NCBI GenBank assembly: GCA_951406725.2
Contig: OX597820.1
Location: 3,224,001-3,288,000 of the forward strand
From: Octopus vulgaris
Lineage: Eukaryota
DNA length: 64,000 nt
Direction of reading: 5' to 3'
Of the stretch, positions 52,698-64,000 are shown in pieces (the first letter of the stretch is position 1; every line of letters begins with the position of its first letter). The translations under genes and the position numbers were made by a program. A model generated the notes under the pieces. It ran no database searches and was not told the origin of the DNA. It was given only the letters and a program-made list of their open reading frames with translations.

Positions 52698-53771
52698 CTA
52701 ATGATGTTGATGCAGTTCATGGTCTGCTAAAACAGCCTATTATATAGAGTTGATATTGTCAATGTAATTAGGGTTAGAGGAATCATAGAAGTAATGAGGT
52801 ATACATTGTCCATTCTGGAGCAATCAGCGCCATATTGCCTCATGTACAAGTCACACGATTCTGTTTTTAATTTTCACTGAAAACACTTGGATGCAGCTTA
52901 GCCATGGGTCAAAGTTAAAACTTATGACAAAGAAAAAGTTTGTACCAAGATTTAGCACTAAATTAAGGGTCCAACTAACAAGCAAATATGATATAGGTTG
53001 CTGTAGTCATAAGTACAGTATAGCATATGTATCATGACAATTAACCCCCCATAGGACAATTACCCCCACTTGGTTAATTACCCCCTCGTCAATATATTAA
53101 GAAGTTTGAAATCATCATCTGTTATCTTTGGTAGGGGTTATTGTCCGAGACTCATTGCATAAATTAGATATTTGTTAATGAGTCGACAGACATATAAGTC
53201 ATGGAATTTTTTCCTTTTTTTTTTTTTAGTTCTAGGGGTCATAAGGCTGGTTACCCAATTTTCTTTGTATATAAAGGACCGAGATCACAACTTTCCCAAA
53301 ACAGGGTGCCAATTCATGGCAAGATTCAAAGCCAGATCAAATCAACCTGATCTTTCCCAATCTTAAGGGAAGGGCCAAGTTGATTACATCGACCCCAATA
53401 CATAACTGGTAATTTATTTTATTGACCCTGAAAGGATGAAAGGTAAAGAGGAACTGGCGTGATTTGAACTTGAAATTTATAGAACTGGAAGAAATGTCTC
53501 TAAGCATTTTGTCCAGCATGCAAATGATTCTGTCAGCTCACGGCTTTAAGCTAGAAATAGTTGCACATATTGATGCAAGGAATTGTATATTGGTATGGAA
53601 TGGAATTTGTATAAACAACAGAGAACCACTGTGGAAACTTAAATGACCGAGACCTTTGGTGATGTGCCGTGCTGGAGAAGACTTGTCAAGCCAAGCGGAA
53701 TCATAGTTGTGGTTGATGCTGGTGTTACATAACTGACAACCATGCCAGTGGCATGCAAAAAGCGCCCACTA

Positions 53772-54603
53772 CACTGCTTGGCACAGATTGACCTTGAACC
53801 CTGCTGTGCATGTGTACTAAGTTTTAACGTTCTGGCTCACTTCTGCTGTTTACAGCAATGCTTGGAAGGAAGGTGTGTAGCATGTGATTGTCACATTGAA
53901 CATTACAGAAAAAAGTTGAGCAGAGAATCTGCATCGAATTTTGCCAAAAGCTTGATGATACCTGCTCAGAGGCCTTATGCAAAGTTTTCAAAAAGCTTTC
54001 TTTGTTCTCGACACAATCAAAGAGATCTTGTGCGACTGAAACCCAAGTGTCTCCTTGGTCAGCTGAAAGCAGTTTTGGCACAAACTTGGCAGACACATAT
54101 TTCATACCCAGATCTTCAGGGATAATGGACTGAACTGAACCACAACTAATCTGCACAGCCTCTGATAACTCACAGATGGTGATTCGATGATTTCCCCTCA
54201 CAGCTGCAGGTACATCTGCGATGCTTTTCTCAGTTCTGCTGTTTGTGGGTCTCACAGAACATTCGTCACTATCGACATTTTTGCAGCCATCTTGGAAACC
54301 TCTGAACCACTCATAGACTTGTGTACAGCTCATACACTGCTCTCCATACACTTTCTGCAACTTTGCATAAACCTCTGAGCTGGTATCACCATGACAACTT
54401 TCTCAGTCGTAGTCAATGTGATGATCACATGCTACACACCTTCCTTCCAAGCACTGCTGTATACAACAGAAGTGAGGTAGAACATTAAAGCTTCGTGTGC
54501 ATGCACAGCAGAGTTCAAGGTCAATCTTTGTCGAGCGGCTTCACTCTGTGTGCTTTAGCTTCATTACCATGGCAACAGTTTGGATACTTTTTGACCAGAC
54601 CTC
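53772..54603 (-). mobile_element. Mariner derivative made of two inverted 5' halves
   Basis: QKVYGEQCMS...YEWFRGF...SAKFVPKLL (HTH, WVP-like); 53772-53985 is an inverted copy of 54355-54545; TIR gaggtctggtcaaaaagtatcc at the right end. Confidence 0.8.
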
Positions 54604-56957
54604 ATATATATATATATGTATGTATCCATGTTGCTAATCTAATTTGTCGTAAGTGACTGCTCACAGAGGTTATTTACGTTCTCTTGTCTTTGTTGACAGA
54701 AAATATAAATAACTTCAAAGTATAACATTAATAATACACAAGCAATCTCGTCTGGTACAATGTACACATCCTGATATACGATACCTGATGTTGATCAGAG
54801 GTCAAAGTGATTCAGTTGTCGATTTAAATATTAAGCAATGTTTCATTTGTAAATATAAGGTTACTAGTTTGATTACTTCTAATCTTAGGACAGCGTATGC
54901 TTAAATATATAATTTGATATGTAAATCAGTCATCTGAGCCCAACATCTGATTCTGTTCTCGGTGTCGCTGTTCTGCTCAGATCTCTAATTAGCTGGTTAC
55001 ATAAATATGCAGCTGGTGACATATAATCTTGTTTGTTTTGCTTATAAATACATATTTGATACTAAGCACACACACGGCTCCCTCTTATATCGATTGCTTA
55101 TGTTTTTATACCTCAAAATATAAACGAACGTCCCACCTCCCTCTCTCTCTCTCACTCAAATCAAATGCAGTATTAGTTTACGACTTCAAAGGATACCTTG
55201 ACAAACACCTGCTTTTCTGCAAATGAGAATGTTCTAGACATGCAGTGCAACTTTTGTGATTTTTCACCATTTAGTTACGGTCTGCTGTAGACGCTTACTT
55301 CTGTTAGGCTCCCAGATAAATTCGTTTGTTTTTTACTATTTTGGTACTCTGTCGTCTGATTTTTTTTTAATCTTTTATCTCTTACTGGTTTCAGTCATTG
55401 GACTGTGGCCATGCTGGGGCACTGCTTTGAAGGGAATAGTCAAACAAATTGGCCCCAGTTGGTTTTTCTTTTAAGGCCTGGTACTTATTCTATTGGTCTC
55501 TTTTGCCAAACTGCTAAGTTACAGGGGTGTAAACAAAGCAACGCCAGTTCTCAAGCAATGGTGGGGGACAAACACATACAAAGATGCATGCGCACTCACA
55601 CACACACAAGTATGATAGGCTTCTTTCAGTTTCCATCAATCAAATCCACTCACAAGTTTTTGGTCGGCCCTGGTCTTTGACAGCATTGATGACAATTATG
55701 GTCATGTTTCAGTCTTATTATACCTTACCAGCTCAGCATAAGATAATAGTTACTATCAAATCTCAGAATAACTAGAGAGGATTAAGCTTTTAGGATTAAA
55801 GATGGGGTAGCTTTAGGGATAAAAGATGATGTGATAGCTAAAAAACTGAATGGTGGGGAAACTACTCAGGGAAAGAATTAAAATAAATGATTTAACCTGA
55901 CAACCCAATTTACATTTGCTCATCATCATCATCATCCAGTGTTTTAAATCTGGGTTTTATCCCTGTTAACAGGGGTGGGCCGGATCTTCCTCAATGCCAT
56001 AGCAACCGAGGTAGGCAGTTGCAGCTCACCCCAACCTTTGGGCTGGCGCTGGTGCCCTTTCTCCTTTGCTGTCATAAAGCATTTTCTGGAGCTGGATTTT
56101 CTACGGGGAGTATGCCCTTGCTTACCCTCAACCTCAGTTTCTAGACATGAGTGGTCCCGAGACCAAGGCCTCTGTCATGATTTTTAAGAAATGTGGTGGA
56201 AAACTAGCTCAGGAAGGCAAGGTTGCTACTCCCTATGACCCCTTTTGGGGTCTCAAACCTAAAGCAGTGGCAGGCAGCTCATGCAGAGATAACATATGCT
56301 TAATTACCCAGCTAACATGACACAGAAACCCCATTGTATATATTGTGGAAGCTGTAACCAAGGATTTTGGAGGCATGAACAAAGTGTAGAGATCTTCCTT
56401 CAATATTCAGCAGAGGCGGTGTGTCCCTACACTAACCAGACATTTACAGCTTTCGAAAGAAAAGGTCATGTAAATTATCAGTGGGAGATGGATTGAAATG
56501 CTGGCCCTATTTTAACAGCTGCAAGAGATGTTTAGTGTGGAACATGTTAATCCTAACAAATTCTCTTTTGCAAGATATTATTCTGAACTCTAAAACAGAG
56601 ATTTTTATATTTGCTCCCATGAACTGAAATACATTCTAAGAAACTGGTTCACTCCCATAAGCAGCAAAGACTGGAAATTACTTTATATGAAATTTAGTCC
56701 CTTCCCACAGACTTTTACCCTTAGCAACCCCTAATCCTTTTATCTTTATCTCAGTCTTTTTGTCTGCCTCTTTTTGCATCTCTCTTACCCTCTCTCCCTT
56801 TATTTACTTATACTACACAAATTACTGCACATTAACCCAGAGTTTCTACCTTTGAATAGGTCGCTTCATCCATGTTACTTGAGTGAATTTTGCTACCCTG
56901 GTAACTGTTTATTGAATTTTCCATGTTAACGGTAAACAAAGGATAATTCATTCATCC

Positions 56958-57014
<57 letters not shown>

Positions 57015-57081
57015 TGAAATTTACAGAAAAAACAAAAGACAAAGACAGGTGTATTAATAACACTCAGGAAGGTGAGAAAGT

Positions 57082-57117
57082 CTTTTACATTTCGAGCCTA
57101 TGCTCTTCAACAGAAAG
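57082..57117 (-). ncRNA. Ultra-minimal hammerhead-like motif (A6U) in a (TA)n-flanked ~175-bp element
   Basis: cttt-CTGTTGA-a-gagc-atag-gctc-GAAA-tg-TA-aaag. Confidence 0.5.
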
Positions 57118-57182
57118 GAACACGAGGAGATAAAGAGAGAGAGAATAAACAAACTTTTGGAGCTAGTGGTCAATCATGGTCA

Positions 57183-57233
<51 letters not shown>

Positions 57234-57410
57234 TATGAGGATATTTAAACGTCTTATGGGGATAATCCTATGCAAGATGCCCTGGTTTATTATATTATAT
57301 TTTGAAGAGATATTTCTTCAATAAATATATTATAAAGCATCAAATATTATTAAGTTTGAAAATGGAGAGATTCAATGGATATAAATTTATTAATTAATTA
57401 ATTAACATTG

Positions 57411-57507
57411 CCTACAATTGTTTCACTTCACATCCAATTTAAATTACAAAACATATATGATAGTGTAAGTTTGCATTTTGAGTATCCTAGATGGAAGATC
57501 TTCAGGG
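57411..57507 (-). ncRNA. Hammerhead with canonical core and long stem II
   Basis: cc-CTGAAGA-t-cttccatc...gatgtgaag-t-GAAA-caattg-TA-gg. Confidence 0.7.
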
Positions 57508-57587
57508 AAAAATGGACATTGCAGGGTTTACATTTTGATCAGTTGAAAGACTCCAACAGACTAAGCAGATGAAAGCATGTTTATTGA

Positions 57588-57662
57588 GTGCATGCGTGTG
57601 CATGTGTGTGCATGTGTGTGCATGCGTGTGCATGCGTGTGCATGCGTGTGCATGCGTGTGCA
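57588..57662. repeat. 10-bp tandem repeat (gtgcatgcgt)n
   Basis: Direct reading, ~7 copies. Confidence 0.85.
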
Positions 57663-60600
57663 AGCGAGTGAACAGGTCGAGGTCTTAAAGCGATGAAAAT
57701 ATTTTGACAAATTAAACTTAAATGTTGAAGTGAATCAAACGGCTTTTGTGTGTTTCTTAAATGGCTTATAAACACCTTCCACGCTGCAATTGTTTTCGTT
57801 TCAGCACACGATCTCAGATCAAATTACTTGCTATGCAAGTACATCTCTGTGATTAAATACAATTATAATAGTAATAACAACAACAATAATAATTAATTAA
57901 AGTATATAAGAATAAAGATAAAGGATAAAAACAAAGATTAATAATAGATAATGAAAATATTGAAATATATTGATAATAAAAATAAAAAAATAAAAATAAA
58001 AATAATGAAAATAAAATAAGAATGAAAGTTTTTTTATTCCAAAACATGGGGATATCCATGGTGTGGATGTGCGTCAGCATAAAGTTATTAACTACAAGTA
58101 TTATGGATGTCATCGTTTATGCATGAGTGTGTGTGTGTGTCTGTGTGTGTGTGTGTGTGTGCGTTTATAGATCCTTACTGCTTAAGTTGCTTTATTAATG
58201 CGTAAGTGTGTATATTAGTAAAAGGTTCTCAAATATTTCTATATCCATGCATTTATCGGTTCGGCTATTCATGGCCCAGTTCAGTTTATGTGTGATTGTT
58301 TATATCATCATCATCATCATCATCATCATTGATTAACGTCCGCTTTCCATGCTGGCATGGATTGGACGGTTTGACTGGGGACTGGCAAACCAGAAGGCTG
58401 CACCAGGCTCCAATCCGATCTGGCAGAGTTTCTACAGCTGGATGCCCTTCCTAATGCCAACCACTCCGAAAGTGTAGTGGGTGCTTTTTACATGCCACCG
58501 GCACAAGGGCCAGTCAGGCAGTTCTGGCAACAACCACACTCAAATGGTGTTTTTTACATGCGACCTGCACAGGATCCAGTCTGGCGGCACTGGCAACGAT
58601 CACACTAGAATGTTGTTTTCCATGTGCCACTGACACAGGTGCCAGTAAGGTGACACTGGCAACGATCACGTTTGAATGGTGCTTTTTATGTGCCACCAGC
58701 ACTATAGGCAGTCAGTGGCCCTGGCAATGATCACGCTTGGATGGGGCTTTTAATGCTCCACTGGCACAGGTGCCAATCAGGTGGTACTGTCATTGGCCAC
58801 ATCAGGGATTTTGTTTATGTTTGTGCGTATATAGATGTTTACTGTCTAAGTTGATTTATGAGTGTGTAAGTGTGTATGTATGTTAGTAGGATGTTATGAA
58901 GTGAAATCAGTTTGCTACAGAGAGGCCTCACAGGAGCAATGACAGGAAACCGAGACCTTTGGAGATCTGTTGTGATTGAGAAGACCTGGCAAGCAAAGTG
59001 AGATTGCAGCCATGGCCGATGCCAGTGCTGCATGTCCAGCCCATTTAAGAGTAACCCTTTATGCATCGGGTGATATGATATGGTTGAGAAGACCTGCTGA
59101 GTCAAGTAAAACCAAAACCGCAGCTGTGGCTAGTGCCCCCCTGATTGGCCCCTGTTCCAGTGACATGTAAATGCGTCATTGGAATGTGGTTGATGTCAGT
59201 GTCCCCTGACTGGCTCCCATGATGGGGATATGTAAAAATCACCATCCAAACATGGCTGATGCCAGTACTTCCTGATTGGCTCCCATGCTGGTGGTACATA
59301 AAATGCATCATCCAAACGTGGTCGATGCCAGCGCCCCCTGACTGGTTCCCGTGCTGGTGGCACATAAAAAACACTATCAAAATGTGATCGATGAAGGCCT
59401 GCCTGACTGGCTCTTGTGCCAGTGGCATGTAAAAAGCACCCACTACACTCTCAGAGTGGTTGGTGTTAGGAAGGGCATCCAGCTGTAGAAGCTTTGCCAG
59501 ATCAGATTGGAGCCTGATGCAGCCTCCTGGCTCTCCAGACCTCGGTCAAACCATCCAACTCAAGCCAGCATGGAAAAAGGACATTAAATGATGATGATGA
59601 TGATGATGATGATGGTGATGATATATATTCCCTTATATGCTTGTATCTAATTGATGAAAAAGTCAATCATAGAAGTCAAGCATCATTATTATAATATGAA
59701 AGGATGAATTAGTGGAGTAATTATATGTGTATTTAGTAATTGATTCATAGTCTGTTCTAGATAACATTCTATATTTGAGTGAGAGAGAGAGAACCCCTAG
59801 GAAGGCAGGATTACGTCACTCGCATTTAAGATTAATATCTAGTTATATTATTAAATGCATTATGTCATCAAGATTAGTATTATCAATAGTATTATCATCT
59901 AAAATAAAATGTATTATCTGATGAATTAATAAAGATCAATGCTCATTCATCATCATCATCATCATCGTTTAGCCTCCGCTTTCCATGCTAGCATGGGTTG
60001 GATGGTTCAACTGGGGTCTGGGAAGCCAGAAGGCTGCACTAGGCCAGTCAGCTCTGGCAATGTTTCTACAGCTGGATGCCCTTCCTAACGTCAACCACTC
60101 CGTGAGTGTAGAGGGTGCTTTTTATGTGCCACCGACACAGGTGCCAGATGAGGCTGGCAAACAGCCATGCTCGGATGGTGTTTTTTACATGCCACCGGCA
60201 CGGAGGCCAGGCGAGGCTGGCACGGCCACGATCGGATGGTGTTTGTTACGTGCCACCAGCACGGAGGCCAGTCGATGCGGTACTGGCTATGGCCACGTTC
60301 GGATGGTGTTTCTTATGTGCCACCGGCACTGGTATCACTAAATTGGTATTTATGTATTATATAATATAAAGTATATATTATTTATATTTATATTATTTTT
60401 ATCCTATGTTTGATTTATAAATTAAGTTATATTTATTATATACTTATATCATGAATGTTTAGTCTCAGTTTTGAATATTAAATTTTATTCAGTTTTCTAA
60501 AATATACTAAGGTAAATTCCAACAAGTCTGCAGCTAAATTCTGTTTTTAAAGGACTTGCTTCGAGAGTTGCAGTCGGTATGATGTGTTTATTTATTTTGG

Positions 60601-61177
60601 TAGTTTTGACTTTAAGAGTGCCTCCTAACATGTGGCATTTATGTTTAGTAATGCCTTCTATATAACACATATATATATATATATATATATATAGGCGCAG
60701 TGTGGCTGTGTGAAAAGAAGATTGCTTCCCAACCACATGGTTTTCGGGTCAGTCCCATTGTGTGGCACCTTGGGCAAGTGTCTTCGGCTATAGCTTCAGG
60801 TAGACAGAAACTGAAAGAAGCCCATTGTATATATGCCAGCGCCTCCTCGACTGCCTTCTGTGCCGGTGGCACATAAAAAGCACCATCTGAATCGTGGCCG
60901 ATGCCAGTGCCGCCTCGACTGGCTTCCGTGCCGGTGGCACGTAAAATGCAGCAATCCGACCATGGCCGTTGCCAGCCTCGCCTGGCACCTGTGCAGGTGG
61001 CACGTAAAAAGCACCCACTACACTCACGGAGTGGTTGGCGTTAGGAAGGGCATCCAGCTGTAGAAACACTGCCAGATCAGACTGGAGCCTGGTGCAGCCT
61101 TCTGGCTTCCCAGATCCCTGGTCGAACCGTCCAACCCATGGAGAACGGACGTTAAACGATGATGATGATGATGATGA

Positions 61178-61265
<88 letters not shown>

Positions 61266-61631
61266 ACACAGGCATGTATAATATATATCAACTTCTCTGA
61301 TGACCGAGAGTCCCTATCTTCTCGTGTGTTCACTTTCTTGTACCTTGCAAGTTTGCTCCAGCATCCTCATCGCTAGCTTCCCTTTCTCTCTGCTTAAGCC
61401 CTGTTGTCCCTTTATCACACTTTTAGCCCTTCAACACCTGACTTAAAGCCACCTTCTCCTCTCTCCTCTCTCAAACAACAACAAACAACTTTTTTTTTTT
61501 TTTTTTTTTTTTTTTTATTTTTTTGCAAAAAAAAAAAAGTCTCCTCCTCCTCCTCTCCTCTCTCGGCCTGCTGCAGAAACCATGTTCACCTGGTGGTGGT
61601 GCGGCTCTTCACTCCTCTCTCTCTCACCCTC

Positions 61632-61704
<73 letters not shown>

Positions 61705-61798
61705 ATTATTTCACTGATTATTTTCTCCCTGCCTCCCCCCCCCGTTCCTTCATTCCCCCCCCCCCCCCTCTCTTCTCTTCTCTCTTCTTGCTTCATCT

Positions 61799-61830
<32 letters not shown>

Positions 61831-62924
61831 CTTCTTCTGTCTTGGTGTCCAATTTATTTTATTTTATTTAGTATCACTCTCCTCCTCCTCCCTCCCACCA
61901 CCACCACCACCACCACCACCACCACCACCTCCTCCTCCTCCTCCTCTTAAAGGTCAATGTCCACTGTTTTTGTTCAGAAATCATCTCTGGTGGGCCCTCA
62001 TGTGGGCTACATGGCCTGCACTTGATCTGCATCAGCGATGCCACCTGTCACAGGTAAAGCTACTTAATGCAACAGAGAAGCGATGCCTCCCATGTGCTGT
62101 TTTGTATTCTCTCTCTCTCGTTTCTCCTCAATGGCTGGGATTACAAGCTTCAGCGATTGGCACCCTTCATCACACCACAGGGTGTTCTTCTCTCAGCTGT
62201 CTGCGAAGATGAGGGAGTTCTTCATGTGCCCCTTCAGCACAACCCTCTGGCCACCACAGCTCCACTTGCCCTGACAAAAAACTGTAGTAATTAAAACTGT
62301 AATAAATTAATGGTTAATAATTAGATATTCTGGTTATTAGTGTTTCTTTACAGTGGCAGAGGTAAAAAAGCACCATGATTAGTGGTTTTTTCCTTCATGT
62401 CTTGAAAAATTTCACATCTCAGCTGGCTGAGTCTGGCACGTCCAGCTGGGGAACACATACGCCATAGAAACCGGGAAACCGGGCCCATGAACCTTGCTAG
62501 GCTTTAAAAAGGGCACATTTATTTTATATATCTTTATTGCCCACAAGTGGCTAAACATAGAGGAGACAAACAAGGACGGACAGGGATTAAGTAGATTCAT
62601 CGAACCAGTACTGTTGACGTGTTCTTGAAATGAACACTTCATTTCACATACCGCTAAGCACTCCAGCATGCCACTGCAGCTGGCAAATGAGTGCTGCAAT
62701 AGACTGGCCGCCTCATTCTGCCATATTCATGATGATGCAGGTTCCTGTTATCTATTTTAAAAAGGGCACATTTATTTTATCCTGGATCTTTATTGCCCAC
62801 AAGTGGCTAAAAATGCATGCTGAGCGGGTTTTATAAGGGACCAGAAGTAAAATCCTAGAATATTCAAGAAAACTTGTCTGCTCCATTGCTTCATGCTGAT
62901 TGGCCAGAATAGACCAATCACATC

Positions 62925-63262
62925 TATGGTGGTTCTTGGATGTCCACGTTTTTTTAGCTGCCTTCCTGGATTACAGTACATGCTGTTTCCATGGAAACAA
63001 TGTGGGTATGTAATAGTTGAATCAACCAAGAATGCCTTGGAGCCTTGAGTTTCTCTTCTGTTTCCAATCTGTACAGAACAATCACATGAAAAGATGTTCC
63101 TCTGTGTCTGGATATTTCTCAATGTTACCTTGAGAGACTCGGTATCTTCTCATTGGTCCATCATCTGACCAGGAGCCAATCGTTAATCCATCAAAGAAAA
63201 TCTGTTCAAGGAATCTGGAATCGGACATGTGTGCTACATGTCCACTCTGCTGGAGTCGAGAT
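62925..63262 (-). pseudogene. Degraded RTE-type LINE 3' fragment
   Basis: RLQQSGHVAHMSDSRFLEQIFFDGL...GPMRRY. Confidence 0.55.
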
Positions 63263-64000
63263 TTACTTAGGAAAGCATATAAATGTGTATTGAAGATAAT
63301 AAACATGTATAAAGAAAACAATAGTCTTGAATGGAGTAAGTGGAGCAAGAACACACACATGGATGAAAAGTGTTGCTGAAGAGGTCACAGATGTGTGACA
63401 AAAGATTTACAGACAATGGACATGAGTTAAAATAATAAGAACAATAATAAATGAGTGAAGTAAACAAAAACATAGTGTGTGTGTTTATTAGGCAACAAAA
63501 TAAAGAAATAATGAATAAAATGACCATCCCAAAATACAACAATAATGATAGATTTTATATTTATAATTTTAGCAAATTTTAGGCGCAGGTGTGGCTGTGT
63601 CGTAAGTAGCTTGCTTACCAGCTACATGGTTCCGGGTTCAGTCCTACTGCGTGGCACCTTGGGCATGTGTCTTCTACTATAGCTTTGGGTTGACCAAAGC
63701 CTTGTGAGTGGATTTGATAGATGGAAAGAAGCCCATCGTATTGAAAGAAAATTGACTGGCCCCCAAATTTCTAATGTGCCTAGAAAAGATTTCATTATGT
63801 GCCAGAGAAAATGAATTGTTACACCTATATTCAAATCCTACCAGTGTTTACTTGTAGAAACCAGCATCCTCTTTTCAGCATCCCCTCTGTCTCTTTACGA
63901 TTAGAAACCCTTAGAACCAGCAAGTAGAGATTATGGCTTCCTCAACTTTCTCCCTGTTCTTATTTTTATGCTTTTAGAGCCTAACTCCATTGGTATCATA

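Noticed and set aside
61296-61325. CTGATGA followed by a cgagag/ttctcg hairpin
   Set aside because: No GAAA or NUH follows, so it is not a complete hammerhead.

Overview
AT-rich, microsatellite-laden animal genomic DNA, most likely intronic or intergenic. The SINE families look like those of octopus, which I infer by recognition and have not verified. No intact host gene is visible; there is one weak first-exon candidate at 40601. The window is a mosaic of retroelements: a (TAA)n-targeted tandem cluster of R4/Dong-type elements (8.4-16.5 kb), RTE and CR1 LINEs, Penelope-like elements (PLEs, GIY-YIG/RT), mariners, MITEs and several tRNA-derived SINE families. The most notable signal is about 15 type-I hammerhead ribozyme (HHR) motifs from roughly 10 unrelated repeat families, some with non-canonical cores (G3:C8 swap, U4C, A6U). 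One family couples a tRNA-like Pol III A/B-box head to an HHR and, in one copy, sits directly behind the 3' end of a PLE ORF. All structures were read by eye; nothing was computed or database-searched.
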